A DNA stretch of 64,000 nucleotides from Azonexaceae bacterium (GCA_009469675.1 SSSZ01000048.1:10570-74569), one strand, 5' to 3'. Counted from the first letter of the stretch, positions 32,088-47,662 are shown. Notes: generated by a model not told the origin, from the sequence alone. Program-made: numbers and translations.

Positions 32088-34645
32088 CTCCGCCCGACGT
32101 CGCCGCCCTGCGCGCCGAGGTCAAGGCCGGCCAGCAGGCGCTGCGCGACGAATACGCCGAGCACGGCAACGGCAAACGCCTGCTCCAGTCCCGTTGCGCC
32201 CGGGTGGACGACGTTTTGGTCCGCCTCTGGAAAGGCCTGCACTTTTCCGCCGGCCTCGCCCTCGCGGCGGTGGGCGGCTACGGCCGGGGCGAACTCTACC
32301 CGGCGTCCGACATCGACTTGCTCATCCTGCTTCCCGAGCCGCCGGACGCCAAGCTGCAGGCCCGGCTCGAGCAACTGGTCGGCTGCTTCTGGGATATCGG
32401 CCTGGAAATCGGCCACAGCGTGCGCACCGTGGACGAATGCCTGGCCGAAGCCGCCCGCGACATCACGGTCCAGACCTCGCTGCTCGAATCCCGTCTGCTG
32501 GCAGGGAGCAAGAAGCTTTACGGCGATTTCGACAAGACCCTGCGCAGCCGCCTCGAACCCCTCACCTTTTTCCAGGCCAAACGCCTGGAACAGCAGGAGC
32601 GCTACCTGCGCTTCGCCGAAACCGCCTACAGCCTCGAACCGAACTGCAAGGATTCGCCGGGCGGCCTGCGGGATCTCCAGGTCATTTTCTGGGTCGCCCA
32701 GGCGGCGGGATACGGCACGAGTTGGAGCGACCTGGAGCGACACGGCTTCCTGACGCGGGAAGAGATGCAGCACGCCGAAAGCTGCGAGGAATACCTGCGG
32801 CACCTGCGGATTCGTCTCCATTTCCTGGTCAATCGCCGGGAAGACCGGCTGCTCTTCGACTACCAGAACACCCTGGCGACCCAGTTCGGCTTTCAGCCCA
32901 CCGAAGCCAAGCGGGCCTCGGAACAACTGATGCAGGGGTATTACCGCAACGCCAAGGCAGTCACCGGGTTGAACACCATCCTGCTGCAGAACATCGGCGC
33001 CGCCCTCTACCCCAAACGCGACCAGACGCCCCAGGTCATCGACGACAATTTCCAGGCCGTCACCGATTTGCTCGATGTCCGCGACGACACCCTCTTCGAC
33101 CGCCAGCCCTCGGCCATTTTCGATGCCTTCCTGGCGATGCAGGAATCCCCCGACCTGAAGGGCATGACGGCCCATACCCTGCGCGCCCTGTGGCGGGCCC
33201 GCGAACGTATCACCCCGGAATTCCGCGCCGATCCCGTCAACCGCGCCAACTTCATCAAACTCTTCCAGAGCAGACGGGGCATCGTCCACGAATTCCGCCG
33301 CCTCAACCAACTCGACCTGCTCGGTGCCTACCTGCCCGCCTGGGGTCGCATCGTCGGCCAGATGCAGCACGATCTCTTCCATGTCTACACGGTGGATCAG
33401 CACATCCTGCAGGTGCTGCGCAACCTGCGGCGCTTCACCATGGCCGAATTCGCCCACGAGCACCCCCTCTGCTCGCACATCATCAGCGACTTCGACAAGC
33501 ACTGGCTGCTCTACGTTGCCGCCCTCTTCCACGACATCGCCAAGGGCCGCGGCGGCGACCATTCGGAAAAGGGCATGGACGATGCCCGGGAATTCTGCCG
33601 CGACCATGGCCTCGCCGAGGCCGACACCGAACTGGTGGTATGGCTGGTCGGCAACCACCTGGTGATGTCCCAGGTCGCCCAGAAGGCCGATCTCTCCGAT
33701 CCCGAAGTGATTTCGGCCTTCGCCGCCCGGGTCGGCGACGCCCGACATCTGGCCGCCCTCTACCTCCTCACCCATGCCGACATCCGGGGAACCAGCCCCA
33801 AGGTCTGGAACAACTGGAAGGGCCGGCTGCTCTCCGACCTCTACCACCAGACCCTCCACCAGCTCGGGCAGGGCGAAGCCCCGGCCCGCCACGGCGTGAT
33901 CGCCGAACGGCAGGCGGAAGCGATGCGGCTGCTGCGCTTTTTCGCCCTCTCGGACACCGTCCATGAGCGCCTGTGGAAACAGCTCGACACCGTCTATTTC
34001 CTGCGCCATTCGGCGGAAGAAATCGCCTGGCACACCCGCTCGCTGCACTACCGCATCTTCAACAACCAGCCCGTCGTGCGGGCCAAACCCAACCCCGAAG
34101 GCGAAGGCTTGCAGGTCATGGTCTACACCAGCGACCAGCCCGATCTCTTCGCCCGCATCGTCGGCTTTTTCGCCCGCTCCGGCTACAACATCGTCGATGC
34201 CAAGATCCATACCACCCATCACGGCTACGCCCTCGACAGCTTCGTCGTCCTCGACGTCCTGGAGCGGGACAACGACCGGGAAATGGTGGCCTTCATCGAA
34301 CACGAGCTGGCCGAGCGGCTGGTCCGCCAGGCGCCGCCCGAAGCCCCTTCGAGCGGCCGGCTGTCGCGCCAGGTGCGGCATTTTCCCATCAAGCCAGAGG
34401 CGGCGATCCGCCCCGACGAAAAGGGCGCCCACTTCATCCTTTCCCTCGTCGCCGCCGACCGGCCCGGACTCCTTTACACGGTAGCCACCACTCTGGCCGA
34501 ACACGGCGCCAATCTCCATACCGCCAAGATCGCCACCCTGGGCGAGCGGGTCGAGGACGTTTTCCTGATTAGCGGCGGCGACCTGGGCAGCAGCGCCAGC
34601 CGCATCCGGCTGGAAACCGAATTGATGGAGCGCTTGCAGGTCTGA
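32075..34645 (+). CDS. glnD: bifunctional [protein-PII] uridylyltransferase / uridylyl-removing enzyme
   Basis: ORF track frame 31997..34645. ATG 32075 overlaps the map end. It has a nucleotidyltransferase motif ([19 protein letters not shown]), an HD domain ([20 protein letters not shown]) and two C-terminal ACT domains. Confidence 0.94.
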   Translation: MDRVTPPDVAALRAEVKAGQQALRDEYAEHGNGKRLLQSRCARVDDVLVRLWKGLHFSAGLALAAVGGYGRGELYPASDIDLLILLPEPPDAKLQARLEQLVGCFWDIGLEIGHSVRTVDECLAEAARDITVQTSLLESRLLAGSKKLYGDFDKTLRSRLEPLTFFQAKRLEQQERYLRFAETAYSLEPNCKDSPGGLRDLQVIFWVAQAAGYGTSWSDLERHGFLTREEMQHAESCEEYLRHLRIRLHFLVNRREDRLLFDYQNTLATQFGFQPTEAKRASEQLMQGYYRNAKAVTGLNTILLQNIGAALYPKRDQTPQVIDDNFQAVTDLLDVRDDTLFDRQPSAIFDAFLAMQESPDLKGMTAHTLRALWRARERITPEFRADPVNRANFIKLFQSRRGIVHEFRRLNQLDLLGAYLPAWGRIVGQMQHDLFHVYTVDQHILQVLRNLRRFTMAEFAHEHPLCSHIISDFDKHWLLYVAALFHDIAKGRGGDHSEKGMDDAREFCRDHGLAEADTELVVWLVGNHLVMSQVAQKADLSDPEVISAFAARVGDARHLAALYLLTHADIRGTSPKVWNNWKGRLLSDLYHQTLHQLGQGEAPARHGVIAERQAEAMRLLRFFALSDTVHERLWKQLDTVYFLRHSAEEIAWHTRSLHYRIFNNQPVVRAKPNPEGEGLQVMVYTSDQPDLFARIVGFFARSGYNIVDAKIHTTHHGYALDSFVVLDVLERDNDREMVAFIEHELAERLVRQAPPEAPSSGRLSRQVRHFPIKPEAAIRPDEKGAHFILSLVAADRPGLLYTVATTLAEHGANLHTAKIATLGERVEDVFLISGGDLGSSASRIRLETELMERLQV

Positions 34646-34668
34646 TACCGGTGCGCGTTCACATTGAG

Positions 34669-34748
34669 GCGCGAGGACGAGCCGAAGACAGTGCTACGGC
34701 GCGGCAAGGCGAAGTCGACAAGGTATCGGCTTGGAAGCGAATTGCGAT
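34669..34748. repeat. dispersed intergenic repeat, copy B (related to 12598-12675)
   Basis: See copy A. As with copy A, the element is entered directly from the stop codon through the shared string CTGATACCG. Confidence 0.7.
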
Positions 34749-34771
34749 GGGCCGGCGGCCGAGGCCGGCCC
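34749..34771. terminator. GC-rich hairpin GGGCCGGC-ggccgag-GCCGGCCC between convergent glnD and the Sel1-repeat gene (no U-tract)
   Basis: Read directly. 8-bp perfect stem. It sits between two convergent stop codons (34645 and 34778). Confidence 0.35.
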
Positions 34772-34777
34772 GCGGCA

Positions 34778-35527
34778 TCACAGTCCGGTCAGCTGTTTCT
34801 GCGCCGCTTTGAGGCTTTCGTCGCTCATGGCACGCACCAGTTCGTCGCGCTCCTTCAGCGCCTCCAGGTGATTGGCGGCGGCGGCCCGGCTGAACCAGAC
34901 GTAGGCCCGCACTGGGTTCTTTTCCATACCGACCCCGTCGCGGTAGTAGCGCCCCAGTTCGGCCATGCCTTCGGCGTTGCCGGCGGAGGCGGCGAGCTGG
35001 ATCCATTTCGCCGCCTGTTCGGGATCCCGCGCCACCCGGTCGCCGCCGGCCAGCGCCTTGGCGAGCCAGACCATCGCCCGGGGGTTGCCGCTTTCCGCCG
35101 ACTGGCGCAGCCATTCGACGTTGTAGGACGGGTCTCCGGCCGTTCCCGGCGATGCGCCCCGCAGGGCACCGGATTGCGCTTCGCCCCGGGGCAGATCGCC
35201 CAGCCTTTCGGCCGCCATCGACGCCGCCGTCACTGCCGTGTCGTCGAGGGGAGACTCGCTGCCTGCCAGCCACAGGGCCATTCCGGCCAGCATCAGCACG
35301 CCGAGGGCGATGCCGGCAGCCACATTGACGATGACCGCGGGGAAAGCGAGTTGAGGCGGAGCGAGGAAGCGATTGCCGCACTGGTCGCAGCGGTAGGGCC
35401 GAAACCCCTGGAAGCTGGCTTTTTCCTCCTTGGAACGCCAGCGCGACGGCCGCAGCAGCAACGATTCGCAGGTCGGGCATTTGCTCCGCCGGGTGAAAAA
35501 CTTGCTCAAATCAAGAGTACGCTGCAC
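34778..35527 (-). CDS. Sel1-repeat (TPR-like) protein with N-terminal zinc-ribbon and one TM helix
   Basis: ORF track 249 aa. CPTC...22 aa...CDQC zinc-ribbon, TM segment AVIVNVAAGIALGVLMLAGMALWLA, and Sel1 repeats (AMVWLAKALAGGDRVARDPEQAAKWIQLAASAGNAEGMAELGRYYRDGVGMEKNPVRAYVWFSRAA). Confidence 0.8.
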   Translation of the reverse strand: MQRTLDLSKFFTRRSKCPTCESLLLRPSRWRSKEEKASFQGFRPYRCDQCGNRFLAPPQLAFPAVIVNVAAGIALGVLMLAGMALWLAGSESPLDDTAVTAASMAAERLGDLPRGEAQSGALRGASPGTAGDPSYNVEWLRQSAESGNPRAMVWLAKALAGGDRVARDPEQAAKWIQLAASAGNAEGMAELGRYYRDGVGMEKNPVRAYVWFSRAAAANHLEALKERDELVRAMSDESLKAAQKQLTGL

Positions 35528-35753
35528 TTCAAGAGTCCGGAAACGAATAGGAAAGTGGTTCGATCATGCAACTGAACCGCAACAGTTTCAAACTTTGCCG
35601 GTCGCCAATCCGAGACGATCTGGCACCAAGTGTCGGAAAATCTGACAACCGACCCCGCCGGGAATTGATGCCCAAGCCCCGAAAGAAACTATTCGCGCCG
35701 CAAACCGTCGTATCGACATACCATGTGGAAATCCGACCGGATAACATTAAGCA

Positions 35754-36392
35754 ATGTCCATGCCGAATGCCGCCATCTCGCTTTCCCTGCCTCAAGCGGG
35801 CCGTCTTGGGACGGTGCTGGTCGGCCTTGCTTTCCTTGTTCTGGCTGGCCCGGCGCCGGCCGACGTTTTCAAGTGCAAGACCCGGGAAGGCAAAACCGTC
35901 ATTTCCAGCGAACCCTGCCAGGAGGGCAGCCGTACCGAGGCGGTGCGGCCCAGCGAACGGATCAGCCCGGAACAGAAACTCGAAGCCGAACAGCAACTGG
36001 CCCGGGAGCGCGAGCGCCTCGCCGAAAGGGAAAAGCTGCGGGCCGGCGAGGAGCAGCGGGAACAGGATTTCCGGCGGCGTCTGGCGGAGGAGGAATCGGC
36101 CCGGCAAACCCGGTGTATGGACAACGCCCAGCGCGAACCGGACCCGGCGTTGCGCGCCAACCTGATCGCCGCCTGCCAGGGGGTCGCCCCCAACCCGACG
36201 GTGGTTCATCAGCCGGTCTATATTCCCGTGGTGCCGGCGCGCCGGCCGAAGTCGCCGCTTTGCATCGGCAACGACTGCGGCCGCCCCACCCCGCCGCCCC
36301 GCGACAAGCCGGCCACGGTGGCGCCGGCCAATACGGATTGCCAGAAAACGGGAACCTGTTCTTCGGCTCGAATCGGCCCGGGGAATCGATAG
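35754..36392 (+). CDS. secreted DUF4124-like protein with coiled-coil and Pro/Cys-rich C-terminus
   Basis: ORF track 212 aa. Signal peptide, a DVFKCKTREGKTVISSEPC motif resembling DUF4124, and an E/R-rich coiled-coil segment. Confidence 0.65.
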   Translation: MSMPNAAISLSLPQAGRLGTVLVGLAFLVLAGPAPADVFKCKTREGKTVISSEPCQEGSRTEAVRPSERISPEQKLEAEQQLARERERLAEREKLRAGEEQREQDFRRRLAEEESARQTRCMDNAQREPDPALRANLIAACQGVAPNPTVVHQPVYIPVVPARRPKSPLCIGNDCGRPTPPPRDKPATVAPANTDCQKTGTCSSARIGPGNR

Positions 36393-36411
36393 CCGGCGGG
36401 AAGGCCGGCTA
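36390..36411. terminator. hairpin TAGCCGGC-gggaag-GCCGGCTA whose two stem ends are the stop codons of the convergent genes
   Basis: Read directly. TAG 36390-36392 ends the DUF4124 gene. CTA 36409-36411 is the TAG stop of the MTAP-like gene on the minus strand. 8-bp perfect stem, no U-tract. Confidence 0.4.
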
Positions 36412-37179
36412 GACCGACATTCCCAGGGGCTGGACCGCCTCCTGGCTGCCCACCAGGCGCTCGATCACCGAGCGTACCCGTCCCATGGCTTCCTGCAGGA
36501 CATGTTCGAGGCTTTCGAAATGTATGCCGTGGGCGCTGCTGCCCCGCCCGGCCGCGTGGTTGGCCACCACGTTGATGGCGGCGTAGGGCAGACCGATCTC
36601 CCGGGCGAGGACCGCTTCGGGCATGCCGGTCATACCCACCACATGGGCGCCGTCCCGCTCCAGGCGGTCGATTTCGGCGGCGGTTTCGAGGCGCGGCCCC
36701 TGGGTGGCGGCATAGACGGCGTCGTCCTTGATGAGCACGCCGACGGCGGTGGCGGCCGCCGCGATGCGGGCGCGCAGGAGACCGTCGTAGGGTTCGGTGA
36801 AATCGATGTGGGTCACCGGCGTGGCGCCGCCATCGAAGAAGGTGGCCTGGCGGCCCCAGGTGTAGTCGATGATCTGGTGCGGCAGGACGACGTCTCCCGG
36901 CGCCAGGTCGGCGCGGATGCCGCCCACCGAGGCCACCGAAATGATGCCGGTGGCCCGGTGGTGATGCAAGGCCCAGATGTTGGCCCGGTAATTGACCATG
37001 TGGGGCGGAATGGTGTGGCCGTAGCCGTGACGGGGCAGGAACATGGCCGGCTGGCCGCAGATTTCGCCGAAGACGATGGCGCCCGAAGGTTCGCCGTAAG
37101 GCGTGCGCACCACTTCCCGATGGGAAACGTCGAGGTTGGACAGCGTCGTGAGGCCGCTGCCGCCAATGATTGCCAACAT
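36409..37179 (-). CDS. S-methyl-5'-thioadenosine / 5'-methylthioinosine phosphorylase (PNP family 2)
   Basis: ORF track 256 aa. MLAIIGGSGL, FLPRHGYGHTIPPHMVNYRANIWAL, GMTGMPEAVLARE. Confidence 0.88.
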   Translation of the reverse strand: MLAIIGGSGLTTLSNLDVSHREVVRTPYGEPSGAIVFGEICGQPAMFLPRHGYGHTIPPHMVNYRANIWALHHHRATGIISVASVGGIRADLAPGDVVLPHQIIDYTWGRQATFFDGGATPVTHIDFTEPYDGLLRARIAAAATAVGVLIKDDAVYAATQGPRLETAAEIDRLERDGAHVVGMTGMPEAVLAREIGLPYAAINVVANHAAGRGSSAHGIHFESLEHVLQEAMGRVRSVIERLVGSQEAVQPLGMSV

Positions 37180-37334
37180 GTCAGGACTCCTGAAGGGCCG
37201 CCCCGCAGGGGGCCGAGGCCCCCTCGGGAGGGTGAAACGGGGAATTGGCGGGGCACCGCGCCGCGCCCGCGTAACGGGCCGGCTGGGCGAGGCAGGCCCT
37301 CCATGAATACTCTGGGCATGGGGGTCGTTTCATT

Positions 37335-38045
37335 TCAGCCCTTTCTTTCGGCCACCAGGGAAGCCAGGGTGGGCACCACGCTCTTCAGGGAAGGATGGGA
37401 GCGGCGGATTTCCGCCAGATCGAGTCCGTTGCCTTCGAGCTTGCGATAGAGCGCGTTCTTGCGGTCGGCGGCAAAGGGCAGGTCGACCAGGGTTTTGCCC
37501 AGATGGTAGCGGACCAGGGTATCGCGGCCGATATCCTTGGCCTGCCAGGGGATGGCTGTGCGGTCCACAAAATGCAAGGCGGCGACGCTGGCGAGTCCGG
37601 CCGCCAGTTCGGCCACGGCACGGTGGGCCGTCTCGCGGTAGGCGGCAACGGCGTGGCCGGCGTCGGTGGGAGTCGCCCCGGTGGTTTCGGCCGGCGCCCC
37701 CATCAGCCAGCAGACCACGGTGTCGGGGGCGAATTTCTCGATGGCGGCACGGGCATCGTCGGCCAGGGCGGTAACGTCGGCCACCCGGAATTCAATGCTG
37801 CCGGCCCCGCCGGCCGGCACTTTGCCCCGGGCCGCGCCCAGGCATTCGGGCAGGGTGTCGATGGCCAGGACCGCCAAGCCCCGGCGCCCCAGGGCGGCGG
37901 TGCCGAAGCCGACGCCGCAGCCGATTTCGAGAACCCGCCGGCCCGGCACGAGGGAGGCCATCCAGTCGTAGTCGCCGGCCTTGGCGTAACGCTCGCCTTC
38001 GTTTTCCCAATAGGCCAAGAAGTCGGTGACGGTGGCGCCGCTCAT
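37335..38045 (-). CDS. class I SAM-dependent methyltransferase, unknown substrate
   Basis: ORF track 236 aa. Motif I VLEIGCGVGFGT, with an acidic residue after beta2 (VLAIDTL). Confidence 0.75.
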   Translation of the reverse strand: MSGATVTDFLAYWENEGERYAKAGDYDWMASLVPGRRVLEIGCGVGFGTAALGRRGLAVLAIDTLPECLGAARGKVPAGGAGSIEFRVADVTALADDARAAIEKFAPDTVVCWLMGAPAETTGATPTDAGHAVAAYRETAHRAVAELAAGLASVAALHFVDRTAIPWQAKDIGRDTLVRYHLGKTLVDLPFAADRKNALYRKLEGNGLDLAEIRRSHPSLKSVVPTLASLVAERKG

Positions 38046-38049
38046 CGGC

Positions 38050-38594
38050 TCATTCCCCCTGCACGGCGTAAATGGCCGGCAGATGCCGCCAGGCGCCGCG
38101 AATGTCCATGCCGAAGCCGAAGACGAAACGGTCTGGGACCGGCAGGCCGACGAAATCGGCCTGCACCGGCTTGGCCTTGCCGTTGGCCTTGTCGACGAAG
38201 ACCGCCGTCAGCACCTCGGCCGCCCCCAGGCGTTTGAGGCTGTCCTTGACTGCCGCCAGGGTGACGCCCTCGTCGAGGATGTCGTCGACCACCAGCACCG
38301 TCCGGCCCTTGACCGGGGTCCACGGGGCGCTGCGCCAGGAAAGCTTGCCGCCCTGGGTGTCCTGGCCGTAGCGGGTGACGTGCATGTAGTCGAAATCGAG
38401 GGGGAAATCGAGTTGCGGCAGAAGCTGGCCGGCGAAGATAATGCCGCCGGTCATGACGCAGAGGATGAGCGGATTCTTTTCCGCCAGGGCGGCCTTGATT
38501 TCTCCGGCCACCCGGTGCACCGCGGCGTGCACCGTATCGGCGCCGTGGATGAGCTCGGCGGTAGCCAGGACGTTCTGCGCTTCCTGCAATTCCA

Positions 38595-38595
<1 letters not shown>
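38050..38595 (-). CDS. hpt: hypoxanthine-guanine phosphoribosyltransferase
   Basis: C-terminal 181 aa of ORF 38050..39120, from MELQEAQNVLATAELIH. PRPP motif VLVVDDILDEGVTL. The start overlaps the galU stop (TAATG). Confidence 0.88.
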
Positions 38596-43034
<4,439 letters not shown>

Positions 43035-43035
<1 letters not shown>

Positions 43036-46000
43036 TACGCCGCTTCCCTCATTTGCAGTGCTTCCTTGATATCCACTTCCACCACGCGGGAAACGCCGGA
43101 TTCCTGCATGGTGACGCCGACCAGTTGCTCGGCCATTTCCATGGCGATTTTATTATGGGAAATGAATAGGAACTGGGTCTGGCCCGACATTTTCTTGACC
43201 ATGCCGCAGAACCGCTCGGTGTTGGTGTCGTCCAGGGGGGCGTCCACTTCGTCGAGGAGGCAGAAGGGCGCCGGGTTCAACTGGAACATCGAGAACACCA
43301 GGGCGATGGCGGTGAGGGCCTTTTCACCGCCGGAGAGCAGGTGGATGGTCGAATTCTTCTTGCCCGGGGGCTGGGCGATGACCTGGACGCCGGCGTCGAG
43401 GATTTCCTCGCCGGTCATCACCAGCTCGGCCCGGCCGCCGCCGAAAAGTTCCGGGAAAAGCTGGCCGAAATGGCCGTTGACCGTATCGAAGGTCGATTTG
43501 AGCAGATCCCGGGTTTCGCGGTCGATGCGGCGGATGGCGTTTTCCAGGGTGGCCATCGCTTCGTTGAGGTCGGCGGCCTGGGCGTCGAGGTAGCCCTTTC
43601 TTTCGCGGGCCGTGTCGAGTTCCTGCAGGGCGGCCAGGTTCACCGCCCCGAGTTCGGCAATGGCATTCTGCAGGCGGGTGATCTCGCCCTGCAGGGAAGC
43701 GGGCCGGACTGCAGTGGCCAATTTTTCCAGTTCGGGCAGGAGCGCCGCCTCGTCGGCGCCGGCTTCCGTCAGCTGGGCGGCAAACTGCTCGCTGTTCATG
43801 GCCGCCGCCTGCTCCTTGAGCTTCAAGTCGCCGATGCGGGTGCGCAGGGGTTCGAGGCCGACTTCGATCTGCTGGCGCTGCTCTTCCAGGCCACGCAAGG
43901 CGTTGGTCGCCGTCTCCAGGGCGTCGCGCGCCGCCGCCAGGGCTTTTTCCCTCTCCTGGCGGGCTGCGAGAGCGTATTGCAGCTGCTCTTCCATGGCGTC
44001 GGGCGGCTGGGCCTCGACCTGCTCGGCGCACTGGCCGCGGTCGGCTTCGATGCGGTTGAGCTCGCGCTGGGCCAGGGCCTGCTGGCCGTAGATGTCCTGC
44101 AGCTTGCTTTCGCATTCGCGCAGGGAAAACTGCGCCTCCCGCAGGGCCCGGTCGAAATCGGCGTTGCGTTCGCGCTCGGCGCGCACCGCCCGCTCGGCTT
44201 CTTCCAGGCGCTGACGGGCGCCGGCCACGAGAACCTGGATGCGGGAAAGGCCCTCCCGCACCTCGGCGATCTTGTCGTCGGCGGCCATCTCCCGCTCCCG
44301 TTCGCCTTCTTCTTCCTCGGCCAGCTCGGCCAGTTGCTCGTGCAGACGTTCCTTTTGCTCGCGGTAGCGTTCGGCCGCCTGGGTCAGCTTCAACACCTCC
44401 AGCTGCAGCCCGTGCACGCGCTGCTGGCGGTCGGTGACGTAGTGGCGGGATTCGGTCAGGGCCTCGTGTTTGGCCTCCAGCTGCCCTTCGAGTTCGCCGA
44501 CCCGGGCCTGGGCCGCCTGGGCCGCGGCTTCCCCGGTGGCGATGCCGCGGGACAGGGCTTCGATCTCGCGCTGGCGTTCGAGGAGACCATGCTCGCTCTG
44601 GTCGGGGGCGAAGAAAGCCACGCTGGAGCGGCTCACCAGGTCGCCCCCCGGCGTCACCAGCACCATGCCCGGCGCCAGTTCGCCGCGGCGGGCCAGGGCG
44701 GCGTCGAGGGAAGCAGCGGTGAACACGCCGGCCATCCAGTCGGCGAGCACGGCGGCGATGGCCGGGTCGTCGCAGCGCAGGCGCTCGACCAGGCGGTCGT
44801 TACCGAGGCTCAGCTCGGCTTCGGCCGGCAACATGACGGTCAGCTTGGCGTCGGGCCGGTCGTGGAGCCATTCGGCGAGCTTGCCCGGGTCGTCGCACGC
44901 AATGGCGTTGAGCCGCTCACGGAGAACTGCCTCCACCGCGTCTTCCCAACCGGCCTCGACGTGGATGCGCTGCCAGAGCGGGACGGCGCCATCCAGGCCG
45001 TGGCGGCGCAGCCATTCCGGCAGTTTGCCGGCTTCCCGGGCGCGGGCCTGCATCTGTTCCAGGGCGGCGCGTCGGGCCTCGCCGGCGGCCAACTCGCGGC
45101 TATGGCCCTGCAACTCCTCCTGGGCGGCGCGGCGGGCCGATTCGAGGCGGGGAACTTCGGCCTGCAGCTCGGCCAGTTTATCCTGGTCGGCAGCCAACTC
45201 CTCCCGCAGCAGGGCAAGCTCCTCTTCCCCTTCGGCCAAATCTGCCGGATCGGGTTCGGAAAGGTCGGCGGTTTCCTCCAGGAGCCGCTGGCGGCGCTGG
45301 ACCAGGGCCTGCAGCGCCCGCTGGGCGTGGGCCTTGTTGGTCAGTTCGACCTCCAGGCGCTGCTCGCCGTTGGCGGTGCGGGCGCGCAGGCGGTTCAGTT
45401 CCTCGCTGGCCTGGGCGTGGCTTTCCTCGACCTGGGGGCCGAGCTGCATCTGCTGCTGCAGGCGCTCGTCGGCCTGGGCGACCCGCAGCGCGGTGGTTTC
45501 CTTGAGTTCCTCCCAGCGCTGGCGGTCGGCGGCGAGGCGCCCGGCGGTCTGGCTCCAGTGGTCGAACTCCCCCTCCAATTGGGCCAGGCGGGATTCGAGC
45601 TGGCGCTGGGAATCGCGGCGGTGGCGGATTTCCGCCTCCAGGCGGGCGACTTCGGCGTTGGCGGCGTACATGTCGCTCTGAGCGGCGTGGAGCGTCTCGC
45701 CGGCGGCGAAATGGGCCTCCCGGTTGGCTTCGGCCTGGGCCTCGGTCTCCCGCAGCGCCGCCAGCTGGGCCTCCAGCTCGGTGGCCGCCCTTTCCACTTC
45801 GAGGGCGGCCCGCTGGCGCTCCACCTCGGCCTCGCGCTTGCGGAGCAGCCACAACACCTGCTGCCGCGTCGTCAATTGGTCGTTGAGGGCGTGGTAGCGC
45901 CGGGCCACTTCGGCCTGGGCTTCGAGTTTTTCCATCTGGGCGGCGAGTTCGACCCGGATATCCTCGACCCGGGTGAGGTTCTCCCGGGTGTCTTCGAGGC

Positions 46001-46547
46001 GCCCCTCGGTTTCCTTGCGCCGCTCCTTGTAGCGGGTGACCCCGGCCGCCTCTTCGAGGAAGACCCGCAGATCGTCGGGCTTGGCTTCGATGATGCGGGA
46101 GATCATGCCCTGGCCGATGATGGCGTAGGCCCGCGGCCCCAGGCCGGTGCCCAGGAAAAGATCGGTGATGTCCTTGCGCCGGACCTTGAGGTTGTTGATG
46201 AAGTAGTCCGACTGGCCGTTGCGGGTGAGCACCCGTTTGACCGACAGTTCGGCGTACTGGGACCACTGGCCCAGCGCCCGCCCTAGGGAATTGTCGAAAA
46301 TCAGCTCGACCGACGCCCGGGAGACCGGTTTTCTGCCCGTGGTGCCGTTGAAGATGACGTCCTGCATCGACTCGCCGCGTAGTTCGGAAGCCTTCGATTC
46401 GCCCAGAACCCAGCGCACGGCGTCCATGATGTTGGACTTGCCGCAGCCATTGGGGCCGACCACCCCGACCAGCTGCCCGGGCAGGGAGACGGCGGTGGGA
46501 TCGACGAAGGATTTGAAACCGGCGAGTTTGAGCTTGGTCAGGCGCAT
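43035..46547 (-). CDS. smc: chromosome segregation protein SMC
   Basis: ORF track 43035..46694, with the internal start [20 protein letters not shown]. Walker [10 protein letters not shown], long coiled coils, signature [13 protein letters not shown] and Walker [13 protein letters not shown]. Confidence 0.95.
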
Positions 46548-46645
46548 GGGGGTCGAATCCGGCAGGCGCACGACGCCATCGATGGCCGCGCCTTTTCGGG
46601 GGGTCGTATAATACCATCTGGCCCATTCCGAAAGCTTGCCGCAGC

Positions 46646-47065
46646 ATGACCACCCAACCCAGCAAAACCCTCGAGACCTTTCCCAACCCGGCACCCGAGC
46701 GCGATTTCCATATTCACATGCAGATTCCGGAATTCACCTGCCTGTGCCCCAAGACGGGTCAGCCCGATTTCGCCACCCTGACCCTCGACTACATTCCGGA
46801 AAAACACTGCGTCGAATTGAAGAGCCTCAAGCTCTATATCTGGTCCTTCCGCGACCAGGGCTGCTTCCACGAAGCGGTCACCAACCGCATTCTCGACGAC
46901 CTGGCCAAGGCCACCAAACCCCGCTTCATGCGGCTTACCGCCCGCTTCTACGTACGCGGCGGCATCTTCACCAACGTCGTCGCCGAACACCGCAAAAAAG
47001 GCTGGAAGCCCCAACCCCGGGTCGAGCTTTCAGACTTCGAGCAAAACCTTAATACACGCGGATAA
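46646..47065 (+). CDS. queF: NADPH-dependent 7-cyano-7-deazaguanine (preQ0) reductase, unimodular type
   Basis: ORF track 139 aa. Catalytic Cys context [13 protein letters not shown] and QueF motif [12 protein letters not shown]. Confidence 0.92.
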   Translation: MTTQPSKTLETFPNPAPERDFHIHMQIPEFTCLCPKTGQPDFATLTLDYIPEKHCVELKSLKLYIWSFRDQGCFHEAVTNRILDDLAKATKPRFMRLTARFYVRGGIFTNVVAEHRKKGWKPQPRVELSDFEQNLNTRG

Positions 47066-47074
47066 CCTACTGAA

Positions 47075-47542
47075 ATGGATGAACTCTTTCTCCGCCGCGC
47101 CATCGAACTTGCCCTTACCGGCAGTGCGCAGCGGGAAGGAGGCCCCTTCGGCGCCGTGGTGGTGCAGGACGGCACGATCATCGGCGAAGGCTGGAACCGG
47201 GTGGTGGCCTGCAACGATCCCAGCGCCCACGCCGAAATCAACGCCATCCGTGCGGCGTGCGCCCGGCGCGGGAGTTTTCATCTGAGCGGCTGCGTCCTTT
47301 ACGCTTCGAGCGAACCCTGCCCCATGTGCCTGTCGGCCGCCTACTGGGCGCGCATCGCCCGCATCGTTTTCGCCAACACCCGCGCCGAAGCCGCCGCCAT
47401 CGGGTTCTGCGACGACGAGCTGTACGGCGAACTGCGCCTGCCCCACGCCCAACGCAGCGTTCCCACCACCCACCTGCCCCTGGCCGGCGCCGACGAACCG
47501 CTCATCCAGTGGCGAAACCGCCCCGACCGGGTGGTTTACTGA
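47075..47542 (+). CDS. CDA-fold nucleoside/guanine deaminase (GuaD-like)
   Basis: ORF track 155 aa. Zinc motifs HAEINAI and PCPMCLSA. Confidence 0.82.
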   Translation: MDELFLRRAIELALTGSAQREGGPFGAVVVQDGTIIGEGWNRVVACNDPSAHAEINAIRAACARRGSFHLSGCVLYASSEPCPMCLSAAYWARIARIVFANTRAEAAAIGFCDDELYGELRLPHAQRSVPTTHLPLAGADEPLIQWRNRPDRVVY

Positions 47543-47662
47543 GCTTTTTTCGCTGCCCGGGGCCTGCCTCCGGACGGTTCGGTACGGCCCGAAAGCCGCT
47601 GCTGTTGCGATTCTCCGCCCTAAGGCATAATTGCCAATTACTTGTCCGATTTCGGGTTCCGC

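Noticed and set aside
35615-35635. Sigma54-like TGGCAC in the Sel1/DUF4124 intergenic region (TCTGGCACCAAGTGTCGG). Similar TGGCAC/TGGTAC strings occur near 9330 and 12755.
   Set aside because: The -12 element is absent or mis-spaced (GTCG instead of TTGC at the required distance).
37207-37224. GC hairpin GGGGGCC-GA-GGCCCCC in the spacer between the methyltransferase and the MTAP-like gene, considered as an intrinsic terminator
   Set aside because: The loop is too small unless the stem is shortened, and there is no U-tract on the minus strand. The genes may simply be co-transcribed.
46607-46612. TATAAT hexamer upstream of queF, considered as a promoter, and the 98-nt smc/queF spacer, considered as a preQ1 riboswitch
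   Set aside because: No acceptable -35 or extended -10 is present. The remaining leader (about 30 nt) is too short, and I see no preQ1-type hairpin or A-rich tail. This leaves only a weak -10-only candidate.
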